Of a stretch of DNA of 64,000 nucleotides, positions 1-10,090 are shown piece by piece. The notes beneath the pieces were generated by a model, which was not told the DNA's origin, searched no databases, and saw only the letters and a program-made list of their open reading frames with translations. Position 1 is the first letter of the stretch; each line of letters begins with the position of its first letter. Where the stretch lies: the NCBI GenBank assembly GCA_900548515.1, contig URKU01000003.1, forward strand, positions 2,951 to 66,950, written 5' to 3'. The stretch is from an uncultured Collinsella sp. (GTDB lineage Bacteria > Actinomycetota > Coriobacteriia > Coriobacteriales > Coriobacteriaceae). The position numbers were made by a program, and so were the translations under genes.

Positions 1-1373
<1,373 letters not shown>

Positions 1374-1409
1374 TCAAACCGCACCGAATCGGCAGCCGCC
1401 AGACTGGGG

Positions 1410-1612
1410 TGGACAGTTAGTTCAGATACGTATAAATCCTAGAGCTGGATTAGGCACGAACACCCCTGTTTCAACTAATTTGGGCTCCCTGAGACCATGT
1501 AAACGTCCCGCTCGCCCTCCCAAACACCCATTCAAACCCCATCCCAATCAAAAATTGCTCAAAACGCATCCCAAGCTGCCCCAGATTTATACGTATCTGA
1601 ACTAACTGTCCA
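1410..1612. repeat. MITE-like element with perfect 29-bp terminal inverted repeats
   Basis: tggacagttagttcagatacgtataaatc (1410-1438) and its exact reverse complement (1584-1612); no credible ORF inside. Confidence 0.75.
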
Positions 1613-1680
1613 GACCATTACGAACCAGGCCTCTTGCCAGCCACAAGTGATCCGTTTTCCTCCGTCCCCAACGGATCAAT

Positions 1681-1722
1681 AAGAAAAGAGGGGCTGTCCC
1701 GCGCTGGCGGGACAGCCCCTCT
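1681..1722 (-). terminator. Intrinsic terminator of htrA
   Basis: 16-bp stem agaggggctgtcccgc/gcgggacagcccctct followed by a U-tract on the minus strand. Confidence 0.8.
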
Positions 1723-1748
1723 GGCTTCGGCATGTGCGAAATGGCTCG

Positions 1749-3209
1749 TTAGTAACCCTGGCCGTAGCCCTGACCCTGGCCCTGCTGGCCCAGCAGCTCC
1801 TCCAGGTACTGGCGCAGCTGCTCGTCGGTAATACCGCCGTTGCCGGTGTCGGTCGAACTGTCGTCCTGCTGCTGGTTCTGCAGCTCCTCATCGGAGCCCA
1901 GCTCGACGGTGACCTTCTTCTCTTCCTTGCCGCGCATGAGCGTGATCTCGACCTTCTCGCCCACCTCGTGGCTGCGCAGCGCGATAATCAGGCCATCGGC
2001 GCTCGTAATCTCGTCGTCGCCCAACTTGGTGATGACGTCGCCCTCCTGAATGCCGGCCTTGGCGGCAGGACCGTCCTCAACGACGCTCGCCACATACGCG
2101 CCGCTATCGGTGCTCAGCTTGTTGGTGCGGGCGTTGAGCGCGTTGACGCTCGAAAGCGTAGCGCCCATGTACGGATGCACCGGCGTCTTGCCGCCGATGA
2201 TCTGGTCGGCAATGTTCTTGGCGTAGTTAACGGGAATAGCAAAGCCCACGCCCGAGCTGGAGCCCGAGTAGCTCTCGATGAGCGAGTTGATGCCCACCAG
2301 CTCACCGTTGTCGTTGACGAGCGCGCCGCCGGAGTTGCCCGGGTTGATGGCGGCATCGGTCTGAATCATGTTGGCATAGATGGTGTTACCGCTGGTAGAG
2401 CTCATGGCCGTGGAGCGGTAGAGCGCCGAGACGATACCGGTGGAGACAGACTGCTCGTTGCCGAACGGCGACCCGATCGCCATGACCCACTCGCCCACGT
2501 TGAGCTTGGAGGAATCACCGATCTCGATCGGCGTGAGCTTGGAGGCGTCGGCGTCCTTGAGCTTGATGACGGCCAGGTCGCTCGAGGCGTCGTTGCCCAC
2601 GAACTCGGCCTCGTAGGTGGTGCCGTCGTCCATGGTAACCACGTACTGGTCATAGCCATCGACCACGTGGTTGTTGGTGAGGATGTGGCCCTCGGTATCG
2701 AGCACCACGCCCGAACCGACGCTGCCCGAGCTGTCCGACTCGTCGGCAGACTGCGAAAGCGAGCCATTCTGGCTACCGCTCGAAGTGGCGGTAATGGAAA
2801 CGACGGAGGGCAGGGCCTTGGCAGAAACGGCCTCGGCCAACGTGGTGTCCTCGGAATCAATCGTAATCTTTTGCGTCGATGAGCCCGAAGCGCCCGCCGT
2901 CACGGCGTTCTTGCCGCCGCCAATGTTGAGCGTGCCGCTCATGATAAGCGCGATGACCAGCAGGGCACCGCAGGCGCAGCCGGCGAGCGCCGTAATAAAG
3001 ATCGGCAGCTTTTTGGTCTTGGTCTTGACCACCGTGTGCTTGTTCACGACCTGTTGGCCGCCCAGCGGCTTGCCGGTCTGCGTGTCGAAGGCCTGCACGT
3101 AGGGAATGTTGCCATCGGCAGGCGTCGACTCCACCTGCACGCGCGGCTGCTGCTGAGTCTCGCCGGCGTGGTCCGCATCCTGGGGGCGCTGGGAATCGTT
3201 CTCGCTCAT
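1749..3209 (-). CDS. htrA: HtrA/DegP-family membrane-anchored serine protease with PDZ domain
   Basis: N-terminal TM helix; LTNNHVV, DLAVIK and AINPGNSGG catalytic-triad motifs; C-terminal PDZ. Confidence 0.93.
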   Translation of the reverse strand: MSENDSQRPQDADHAGETQQQPRVQVESTPADGNIPYVQAFDTQTGKPLGGQQVVNKHTVVKTKTKKLPIFITALAGCACGALLVIALIMSGTLNIGGGKNAVTAGASGSSTQKITIDSEDTTLAEAVSAKALPSVVSITATSSGSQNGSLSQSADESDSSGSVGSGVVLDTEGHILTNNHVVDGYDQYVVTMDDGTTYEAEFVGNDASSDLAVIKLKDADASKLTPIEIGDSSKLNVGEWVMAIGSPFGNEQSVSTGIVSALYRSTAMSSTSGNTIYANMIQTDAAINPGNSGGALVNDNGELVGINSLIESYSGSSSGVGFAIPVNYAKNIADQIIGGKTPVHPYMGATLSSVNALNARTNKLSTDSGAYVASVVEDGPAAKAGIQEGDVITKLGDDEITSADGLIIALRSHEVGEKVEITLMRGKEEKKVTVELGSDEELQNQQQDDSSTDTGNGGITDEQLRQYLEELLGQQGQGQGYGQGY

Positions 3210-3380
3210 AGCTGCGATCCTTTCGTCAAATAACCAAAGGCCCGCCAAACATGTGGCGGGCCATCATTGTTCACGTTGAGTTGTACCCCAATATGCGGGC
3301 ACAAGTGTATGAGAACGCAATCTTTTAGGAAGGCTTAAGTTCTGCTGCAGATTCGAGAGGAACCCGCACCCGCGTCAAAA

Positions 3381-3413
3381 CCACCACAAAGGTGCCTGTC
3401 CCCTTTGTGGTGG
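3381..3413. repeat. REP-like hairpin with CTGTCCCC core
   Basis: ccaccacaaagg-tgcctgtcc-cctttgtggtgg just downstream of the regulator stop codon. Confidence 0.5.
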
Positions 3414-3417
3414 AAAG

Positions 3418-4080
3418 CTAGTCCTTAAACAGATAGCCCACGCCGCGGACGGTGGTGATATGTGCCGCAATCTGCGGGCCCACCTTGGAGCGGATGCGTC
3501 GGATGTGCACGTCGACGGTGCGCGTGCCGCCGCAGTACTCAAAGCCCCACACGCGGTGCAGCAGCACTTCGCGGCTGTAGGCGCGGTTGGGATGCGTCGC
3601 CAAAAAGCTCAGCAGCGAGTACTCCATCAGCGTCAGGTCGATAGGCTCGTTATCGAGCGTTACCTGGTAGGTAGCCAGGTTAATCTCGAGGTTATCGATG
3701 TTGAGTACATCGTCGGCGGTGACGGTCTCCTCCTCGCCCATCAGGCGCTGCGCGCGAGCCTTGAGCTCGTTGGGTGTCGCCGTGGGGCATACAAAGTCGG
3801 CATGCGCGTGATTGGGCAGGCGCAAGGTACCGAGCGCCTCGTCGTCGACGATCACCAGCATGGGGACGCCGCCGCGGTCGTCAAGCCACTTGGCAATCTG
3901 ATCGATGCGGTCGCTGCGGATTCCATCGGAATCGAGGATCAGCAGGTCAAAGTCGTGCGCCGCAGTCGGCGAATCGGGGGTGGCCAGGCTCACCTCGACA
4001 CCCAGGGTGGTCGTCAAGCTGCGGGCAAACTCGTGGAAGCGCGTCGTGCGCGCCATGAACAGGGCACTCTTTTCGGACAT
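3418..4080 (-). CDS. glnR: OmpR-family orphan response regulator, GlnR-like
   Basis: C-terminal winged helix (RTVDVHIRRIRSK, TVRGVGY), degenerate receiver domain, no cognate kinase, directly downstream of glnA, GlnR-type box upstream of glnA. Confidence 0.7.
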   Translation of the reverse strand: MSEKSALFMARTTRFHEFARSLTTTLGVEVSLATPDSPTAAHDFDLLILDSDGIRSDRIDQIAKWLDDRGGVPMLVIVDDEALGTLRLPNHAHADFVCPTATPNELKARAQRLMGEEETVTADDVLNIDNLEINLATYQVTLDNEPIDLTLMEYSLLSFLATHPNRAYSREVLLHRVWGFEYCGGTRTVDVHIRRIRSKVGPQIAAHITTVRGVGYLFKD

Positions 4081-4130
4081 ATCGGCCTCCAAAAAAATGA
4101 GCTCAATCGTACTGAAACAAGCCAGCGCGA

Positions 4131-5468
4131 TTAGGAGTTCGCCAGGTAGTGCTTAATCTCCCACTCGGTGATCGTAGACTCGAACTTATGCCACTCGTCG
4201 CGCTTCTTTTTGAGGAAGAAGCTGTGGATGTGCTCGCCGAGGGCATCCTTCATAAACTGCGAGTCCTCAAACACGTCGAGCGCCTCTTTGAGCGAGCGCG
4301 GCAGCGGCGTGTAGCCGGCCTCGAGCATCTGACGGTCGGTAAGCTTGAGCGTCTCGGCCGTTGCCTCGGGCGGGAGTTCCAGCTTGCGCTCGATGCCGTC
4401 CAGACCAGCCGCCAGCGTGACGGCGTTGACCAGGTACGGGTTGGCCATGGGGTCGGGGCTACGAAGCTCGATGCGCGTGGACAGCTGCTTGCCGGGCTTG
4501 TAGACCGGAATGCGGACCATGCTCGCGCGGTTGCGCAGGCCCCACGTGGCGTACTGCGGCACGGAGTCGCCGCCCGTGGTGATGCGCTTGTACGAGTTGA
4601 CCGTGGGGTTGGTGATGGCGCTAATCTCGCGGGCATGCGCCAGGATGCCGGCCATGTAGTGCTTGGCGATATCGGAGAGGTGGTACTTCTCGTCGTCCTC
4701 GCCCCAAAAGACGTTGTTGCCGTCGTGGTCGAATAGCGACTGGCACAGGAACATAGCGCTGCCGTCCTCGCCCGCCAACGGCTTGGGCATAAAGGAGGCG
4801 TGGCAACCGCTCTCGTAGGCCTGCTGCTTAATGATTAGTTTGGCCGTGGTGATGGCGTCGGACATGCTCAGGGCCTCGGCGTGGCGCAGGCTCATGCCGT
4901 GCTGCGAGCGGCCGGCAGCGTGGAAGGTGTACTCCACGGGCACGGACATCTTCTCGAGCGTGAGAACCGTGTTGCGGCGCAGGTCGCGGGCGGCATCGCT
5001 CACCGAAAGATCGAAGTAGCCCACGTTGTCGAGCGGCTCGGGCGTGTGCTCGTCGGGGAAGTAGTAATACTCCAGCTCGGCGCCCACGTTGAGCAGGTAG
5101 CCAGCCTTCTCGGCCTTGCGGAACATGCGGCGCAACGCATCGCGCGGATCGCCGGCGAAGGGCTTGCGGTCGGGGGTGCACACGTCGCAGAACACGCGGG
5201 CGACGCCGTTGTGGCTCGGGCGCCACGGCAGAATCTGGAAGGTCGAAGCATCGGGGAATGCGAGCATGTCGGCTTCCTCGGGCGTAGCAAAGCCCTCGAT
5301 GGCGGAGCCGTCAAAGCCAATACCCTCCTCAAAAGCGACCTCGAGGTCCTCGGGGCTAATGGCAAAGTTCTTGAGGCGGCCGAGAATGTCGACAAACCAC
5401 AGACGCACAAAGCGGATGTCACGCTGCTCTACGGAGCGAAGTACGTAATCGATGTTCTGCTGGTTCAT
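4131..5468 (-). CDS. glnA: Glutamine synthetase type I
   Basis: FDGSAIEGF, SFMPKP, NRASMVRIP and RIELRSPDPMANPY motifs. Confidence 0.95.
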   Translation of the reverse strand: MNQQNIDYVLRSVEQRDIRFVRLWFVDILGRLKNFAISPEDLEVAFEEGIGFDGSAIEGFATPEEADMLAFPDASTFQILPWRPSHNGVARVFCDVCTPDRKPFAGDPRDALRRMFRKAEKAGYLLNVGAELEYYYFPDEHTPEPLDNVGYFDLSVSDAARDLRRNTVLTLEKMSVPVEYTFHAAGRSQHGMSLRHAEALSMSDAITTAKLIIKQQAYESGCHASFMPKPLAGEDGSAMFLCQSLFDHDGNNVFWGEDDEKYHLSDIAKHYMAGILAHAREISAITNPTVNSYKRITTGGDSVPQYATWGLRNRASMVRIPVYKPGKQLSTRIELRSPDPMANPYLVNAVTLAAGLDGIERKLELPPEATAETLKLTDRQMLEAGYTPLPRSLKEALDVFEDSQFMKDALGEHIHSFFLKKKRDEWHKFESTITEWEIKHYLANS

Positions 5469-5533
5469 GTCGCTCCCCTTTCTTTCGGGCGGGTTTCGAC
5501 TGGTCTATATCGCAGATACTATCGCAGAAAAAT

Positions 5534-5549
5534 GTTTCCGCAGGGTTAA
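5534..5549 (-). promoter_or_regulatory. Putative GlnR box upstream of glnA
   Basis: Minus strand TTAAC-n6-GAAAC, resembling the actinobacterial gTnAc-n6-GaAAc site; TAGTAT -10-like hexamer at 5516-5521. Confidence 0.55.
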
Positions 5550-5602
5550 AGCGTATCAAGCGCTCAAAAAACGTGCGCGAACAGGCCGTTGCGAACGAGC
5601 GG

Positions 5603-6625
5603 TTAGCGCGAGGTCGATGCGCGGTGTTCGATGTGGCCGGGGATCTCGATGCGTTTGGGCGCCAGCTTTGCGGCCTCGCCCACAGTAGTGGTAACAACGT
5701 CGATGCGCTCGGACAGGCGCTCGACCACGCGCTCGGCGATGGTAAGGGTGTCTTGCGCGGCCGTGGTCACGCCGCCAAAGAGCACGTGATTCCAGGGGTA
5801 ATCGTCAAACGTTGCGATCTTGAGACCCGCCGGCAGCGAGGGACCAAGCTGCGCCAGTGCCTCGGTCAGACGCAGGAAAACCAGGCCGTTGACGGCAATG
5901 AGGCCGAGCTTTTTGCCTGCATAGCCGCGGATGGTCTCGTCCAAGCGACCGACGCCCGTGGCGCCACCGTCGGCCAGGGTGACGACCTCGCCCGCAAGGC
6001 CGCGGCGCGAAAGCTCGTCGGCAAAGGCCTCGGCGCGCTCTCGACGCACGGGGCTATCGTCACTTGCCTCGGTGAGCAGGCACAGACGCTCGCTGCCCGC
6101 AGCTGCCAAGGCATCTACCAAGCCGGCGACCAGCTCACGGTTGTTAGATGTCACCAGGTCAACACCGCCGTCGGCAACGTCGCGGTCGAGCAGCACAACG
6201 GGCAGACGTCCCGCTGCCGCGGCGATCGCCTCGTCATTGCCTCCGCAGGTGTTGACGACCAGGCCGTCCACGCCGGCATCGATAAGTCTGGTGAGCGACT
6301 CCGCTTCCTTAGCGGGGTCGTTGCCGCTAATGGCCGTCATGAGCGAGCAGCCGCGCGCCGCGGCGCTGGCGGAAAGGCCCTCGAGCATGGCGCTCGAGAA
6401 CGGGTTGGCGATGTCAGCCAGAATCACACCGATGAGGTTCGTACGCGAGCTGCGCAGATTGCGCGCGGCGGCACGTGGGCGATAGCCGGTGCGCTCGATA
6501 ACTGCCGCGATGCGAGCACGGGTCTCCTCGGTCATTTGCCCGGGGCGGTTGTTGAGGTAGCGCGAGACCGTGGCCGGACTCACGCCCGCCTCGGCGGCAA
6601 TGTCCTTGATTCTCATCTGCGCCAT
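5603..6625 (-). CDS. LacI-family transcriptional regulator (KdgR-like), divergent from kdgK
   Basis: IKDIAAEAGVSPATVSRYLN HTH and periplasmic-binding-protein-like core. Confidence 0.9.
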   Translation of the reverse strand: MAQMRIKDIAAEAGVSPATVSRYLNNRPGQMTEETRARIAAVIERTGYRPRAAARNLRSSRTNLIGVILADIANPFSSAMLEGLSASAAARGCSLMTAISGNDPAKEAESLTRLIDAGVDGLVVNTCGGNDEAIAAAAGRLPVVLLDRDVADGGVDLVTSNNRELVAGLVDALAAAGSERLCLLTEASDDSPVRRERAEAFADELSRRGLAGEVVTLADGGATGVGRLDETIRGYAGKKLGLIAVNGLVFLRLTEALAQLGPSLPAGLKIATFDDYPWNHVLFGGVTTAAQDTLTIAERVVERLSERIDVVTTTVGEAAKLAPKRIEIPGHIEHRASTSR

Positions 6626-6711
6626 AACGCACCCCGTTTCCCAATTGTCGGCGATCTGAGCCATTTTAGGCATTTTTTTAAAAATCTCGGTTGCAAAACG
6701 CTGTAGGTGAG

Positions 6712-6755
6712 TATACTACGACTCGAAACGAAACCGATTTCGTAAACCGATTTCG
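6712..6755 (+). promoter_or_regulatory. kdgK promoter (-10 TATACT) with tandem LacI-type operators AAACCGATTTCG
   Basis: TATACT at 6712, then acgaaaccgatttcgt and aaaccgatttcg; the same arrangement occurs at 10091-10121. Confidence 0.7.
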
Positions 6756-6759
6756 GCGA

Positions 6760-6817
6760 GCGTTGGCACGCAGGTGCAAAGACGCACCCTACCGTCTTGG
6801 CACCTGCGTGCCAACGC
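6760..6817 (+). ncRNA. Structured leader hairpin, motif A copy 1 (loop CACCCUAC)
   Basis: 18-bp plus 6-bp stem; homologous covarying copy at 10125-10182. Confidence 0.6.
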
Positions 6818-6859
6818 CATATCAAAGGTGTACGCACGAGTAAAAGGAGCTGCGCGACC

Positions 6860-7894
6860 ATGGGTAAAACGGTTCTTACCTTCGGCGAGATCATGATGAG
6901 ACTCTCACCCAAAGACCACCTGCGTATTGAGCAGGCAACCGAGTTTGACGTCCGCTACGGCGGCGCCGAGGCCAACACTGCGCTTTCCCTGGCCTACCAG
7001 GGCGACAAGGCCGCTTACGTCTCCGTTGTCCCGGCCAACCGTCTGGGCGAGTGCGCCCTGCGTTCGCTGACGGCCTACGGCGTCGACACCACGCGCGTCG
7101 TGCGTCAGGGCGACCGTCTTGGCTCCTATGTGTTTGAGGTCGGCGCCTCGCAGCGCGGTAACGGTTGCGTCTACGACCGCAAGTACTCTGCCATCAACAT
7201 GGCCAAGCGCGACGTCTTTAACTGGGACGAGATCCTCAAGGGCATCGATGTCTTCTATTTCTCCGGCGTGACCCCCGCCGTCTCCGATGAGATGGCTGCC
7301 GCCTGCAAGGATGCCCTCACCGTCTGCCGCGCCAAGGGCATCACCACCGTGTGCGACGTGAACTATCGCGGCAAGATGTGGTCGCCCGAGAAATCGCAGG
7401 CCACCATGAAGGAACTCCTGCCGCTCGTCGACATCTGCATCGCCAACGACGAGGATGCGCCTGCCGGCCTCGGCATGACCTGCGTCTCCGGTTCCCTTGC
7501 CCACGGCATCGAGGAGCGCGACACCTACGTCGAGATGGCCCGCCAGATCTGCGCCGAGTACGGCTGCAAGAAGGTCGCCTCGGTCGTCCGCAACATCTCC
7601 TGCGTCGAGCGCTCCATCTGGATGGGCATGCTCTTTGACGCCGAGAGTGGCGAGCACTGGTTCTCCCCTGCTCACGACGTACACGTGCTCGAGGGCGTTG
7701 CCGCCGGCGACGCTTTCAACGCCGGCCTCGTCCATGCCCTCATCAACGACTTTGACCCGCAGGACGCCGTCAACTATGCGATTGCAGCCTCGATCCTCAA
7801 GCTCACCATCAAGGGCGATTCCAACTTGGTGACCGCAGGCGAGATCGCAGCCGTGGCATCCGCCGCCGACGGTGGCACCCGCGTCGCGCGCTAG
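6860..7894 (+). CDS. kdgK: 2-keto-3-deoxygluconate kinase (PfkB family)
   Basis: FGEIMMRL, GGAEAN, DVNYRGKMW and GDAFNAG motifs; upstream of eda. Confidence 0.88.
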   Translation: MGKTVLTFGEIMMRLSPKDHLRIEQATEFDVRYGGAEANTALSLAYQGDKAAYVSVVPANRLGECALRSLTAYGVDTTRVVRQGDRLGSYVFEVGASQRGNGCVYDRKYSAINMAKRDVFNWDEILKGIDVFYFSGVTPAVSDEMAAACKDALTVCRAKGITTVCDVNYRGKMWSPEKSQATMKELLPLVDICIANDEDAPAGLGMTCVSGSLAHGIEERDTYVEMARQICAEYGCKKVASVVRNISCVERSIWMGMLFDAESGEHWFSPAHDVHVLEGVAAGDAFNAGLVHALINDFDPQDAVNYAIAASILKLTIKGDSNLVTAGEIAAVASAADGGTRVAR

Positions 7895-7979
7895 TCCGTC
7901 TCCATTCCGCGGGCCGCAGCTTTCCAATCCCATACCCCTGCGGCCCGCTCCCCGATTCCTCCGGTCGGGCAAAACCACC

Positions 7980-8096
7980 AGTCCCATTCCGGTTTTGTCT
8001 GGCATTCCCTACATGACTGGTCGAGCAGCCGGTTTTGGAATTGCTTGAACCCCAAGCAGTGCCTCCGATAACCAATCCAAAATCGGCTCCTGACCA
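7980..8096 (+). ncRNA. Multi-stem structured RNA, motif B copy 1, upstream of eda
   Basis: P1 ctggtc/gaccag, P2 agccggttttgga/tccaaaatcggct, P3 ttgctt/aagcag and unpaired GCCUCCGAUAACC; homologous copy at 10220-10328. Confidence 0.6.
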
Positions 8097-8147
8097 GCAC
8101 ATTTGGTAATCACGCGCCCATGCACGCCACACATCGAAAGGAACATC

Positions 8148-8789
8148 ATGTTCGATCAGTTCTACACCACGCTTGAGTCCCTGGGCATCGTGCCGGTCGT
8201 TGTGCTCGACAAGGTCGAGGACGCCGCCCCGCTCGCCCACGCTCTTATGGCAGCTGGCATGAAGTCCGCCGAGGTCACCTTCCGCACCGCCTGCGCCGCC
8301 GAGTGCATCGCCGCTATGGCCGAGGCCGAGCCCGAGATGTGCGTTGGCGCCGGCACTGTCCTGACCGTCGAGCAGGTTGAGCAGGCCCGCGCCGCCGGTG
8401 CCAAGTTCATCGTCTCCCCGGGTTACAACGAGGACGTCGTGAAGCATTGCATCGACATCGAGCTGCCCGTCCTTCCCGGCACCGTGACCCCCTCCGAGGT
8501 CACCGCAGCCGAGAACCTGGGCCTCAAGGTCACCAAGTTCTTCCCCGCGTCCCAGTATGGCGGCCTGAACACCATCAAGGCCCTCGCCGCTCCGTTTGTC
8601 GGTCACCGCTTTATGCCTACCGGCGGCGTGAGCACCGCCAACGTCGAGGAGTACTTGAGCTCCTCCGCCATCATCGCCTGCGGTGGCACCTGGATGGTCA
8701 AGCCGGCCCTGTTTGCCGACGGCGACTTCTCCAAGGTCGAGCAGATCGCCCGCGAGGCCATGGACGTCGTCAAGAAGGTCCGCGGCTAG
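8148..8789 (+). CDS. eda: KDPG/KHG aldolase
   Basis: EVTFRT, GAGTVLT, TPSEV, KFFPA and FMPTGGV motifs. Confidence 0.95.
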   Translation: MFDQFYTTLESLGIVPVVVLDKVEDAAPLAHALMAAGMKSAEVTFRTACAAECIAAMAEAEPEMCVGAGTVLTVEQVEQARAAGAKFIVSPGYNEDVVKHCIDIELPVLPGTVTPSEVTAAENLGLKVTKFFPASQYGGLNTIKALAAPFVGHRFMPTGGVSTANVEEYLSSSAIIACGGTWMVKPALFADGDFSKVEQIAREAMDVVKKVRG

Positions 8790-8807
8790 GTTTAGCTCTC
8801 TATCGTG

Positions 8808-8844
8808 AAAGGGGGCGTGCCCTAGACCTCGCCCCCTTTCTTTT
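8808..8844 (+). terminator. Intrinsic terminator after eda
   Basis: aagggggcg...cgccccctt stem followed by tctttt. Confidence 0.75.
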
Positions 8845-9099
8845 AAAGCGGCTCGGAAGCGCGCCGTTTCCGTCACGAACAAGAACCAAAACCGTCTTGT
8901 ATGCTGATAGAACGTGACGGAAGCGACACGCCCCCGAGCCGCTTTGTATAATCGGCTGGCAGTCGCGCTCAACTGAGCCACTTCGGTAAAAGCCGAGCCA
9001 TCAAAACAGCTGCGGCGCCGTCTGGAGGAATGGACCTTTGCTTCCGGTCTTTTCCTCCAAGCGGCACCGCATCTTTGTGCCCCGGTCACACCCCAACGC

Positions 9100-9166
9100 A
9101 GTTGCGGTGAAATAGGGACTGTTTGCGCCACCTAGGTCACAAAACAGTCCCTATTTCACCGCAACT
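9100..9166. repeat. 67-bp palindromic element, copy 1 (AGTTGCGGTG...CACCGCAACT)
   Basis: Perfect 25-bp inverted arms; related copies at 9947, 26931 and 35340. Confidence 0.85.
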
Positions 9167-9180
9167 TATATGGGGATTGA

Positions 9181-9873
9181 TTAGATGAACGAGTCTTTGG
9201 ACAGCTCAAAATAGTCGGGATGCAAGGCGATAACCGGACCTTGCTCTTCGGGCATCAGGTGCAGGTGCGTCTCTGCCAGATAGCTCGCCGCGTCGGTATC
9301 GCCCCTCTTAATGGCCTCGAGAATCCGGCGATGCTGCCGACGAATCGGCTCCCAATCCAAATCCTGCGACACCATACGCAACCAGTTATATCGCTCAAAA
9401 TGCGTGTTGATGCTCTTCATCCAACCCCACAACATGTGACGACCGGCAATCTCAAAACATGTCTCATGGAACAGGTTATCCAGGTCAAAGAAACGGCGCG
9501 TTTCGCCATGGTCGAGCGACTCGGACTCGGTAAGAATCTGCTCAAGCCGCTGCTTTTGCTCGGGCGAGGCGGCCGAACAGCATTTAATTAGCACGCTTCT
9601 CTCGAGCTTCTCGCGCAAAAAGCAGGCGTTTTCGGCGCGTTCCATGCTGATCTTAGAGACGTAGGTGCCGCTTTTGGGACGCGTTTCCACCAGCTCCTGC
9701 TCACGCAAGCGCACAAAGGATTCGCGAATGGGCGTGCGCCCGATTCCCGTCTCCTTTTCCAGACCAATCGCCGAAAGACGCGTGCCGGGCCTGAGCTCGA
9801 CATAGATGATCTTGGAGCGCAATGCGTTGTACGCCTGGTCTTGCAGGCTCTGATAATGCTGGTGCTGTTCCAT
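9181..9873 (-). CDS. GntR-family (FCD domain) transcriptional regulator
   Basis: LRPGTRLS...GIGRTPIRE HTH; C-terminal FCD (DNLFH, HRRILEAI). Confidence 0.9.
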   Translation of the reverse strand: MEQHQHYQSLQDQAYNALRSKIIYVELRPGTRLSAIGLEKETGIGRTPIRESFVRLREQELVETRPKSGTYVSKISMERAENACFLREKLERSVLIKCCSAASPEQKQRLEQILTESESLDHGETRRFFDLDNLFHETCFEIAGRHMLWGWMKSINTHFERYNWLRMVSQDLDWEPIRRQHRRILEAIKRGDTDAASYLAETHLHLMPEEQGPVIALHPDYFELSKDSFI

Positions 9874-9946
9874 AAAGCCCTCGGATGAAGCTCACGGTTT
9901 GTCGAATTTCACCATGCAATACTATCGCATCCCCCGCCCCATCATA

Positions 9947-10013
9947 AGTTGCGGTGGAATAGTTCCTGTTCAAGGCCTTCAGCAGCAAAAACAGGAACTA
10001 TTCCACCGCAACT
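9947..10013. repeat. 67-bp palindromic element, copy 2
   Basis: Perfect 24-bp inverted arms agttgcggtggaatagttcctgtt/aacaggaactattccaccgcaact. Confidence 0.85.
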
Positions 10014-10036
10014 ACAGCCAACGAGTTGTTGCGATT

Positions 10037-10052
10037 AGGTGAACGTTCACCT
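10037..10052. promoter_or_regulatory. LacI-type operator AGGTGAACGTTCACCT
   Basis: Perfect 16-bp palindrome that recurs upstream of the hexuronate operons. Confidence 0.75.
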
Positions 10053-10090
10053 TTTTATTGTTTTTCTCTTCGCAAATAAAATCCCGTGCG

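Noticed and set aside
7809..9131. 440-aa minus-strand ORF across eda
   Set aside because: Antisense to eda and runs through repeats and a terminator; no protein-family features
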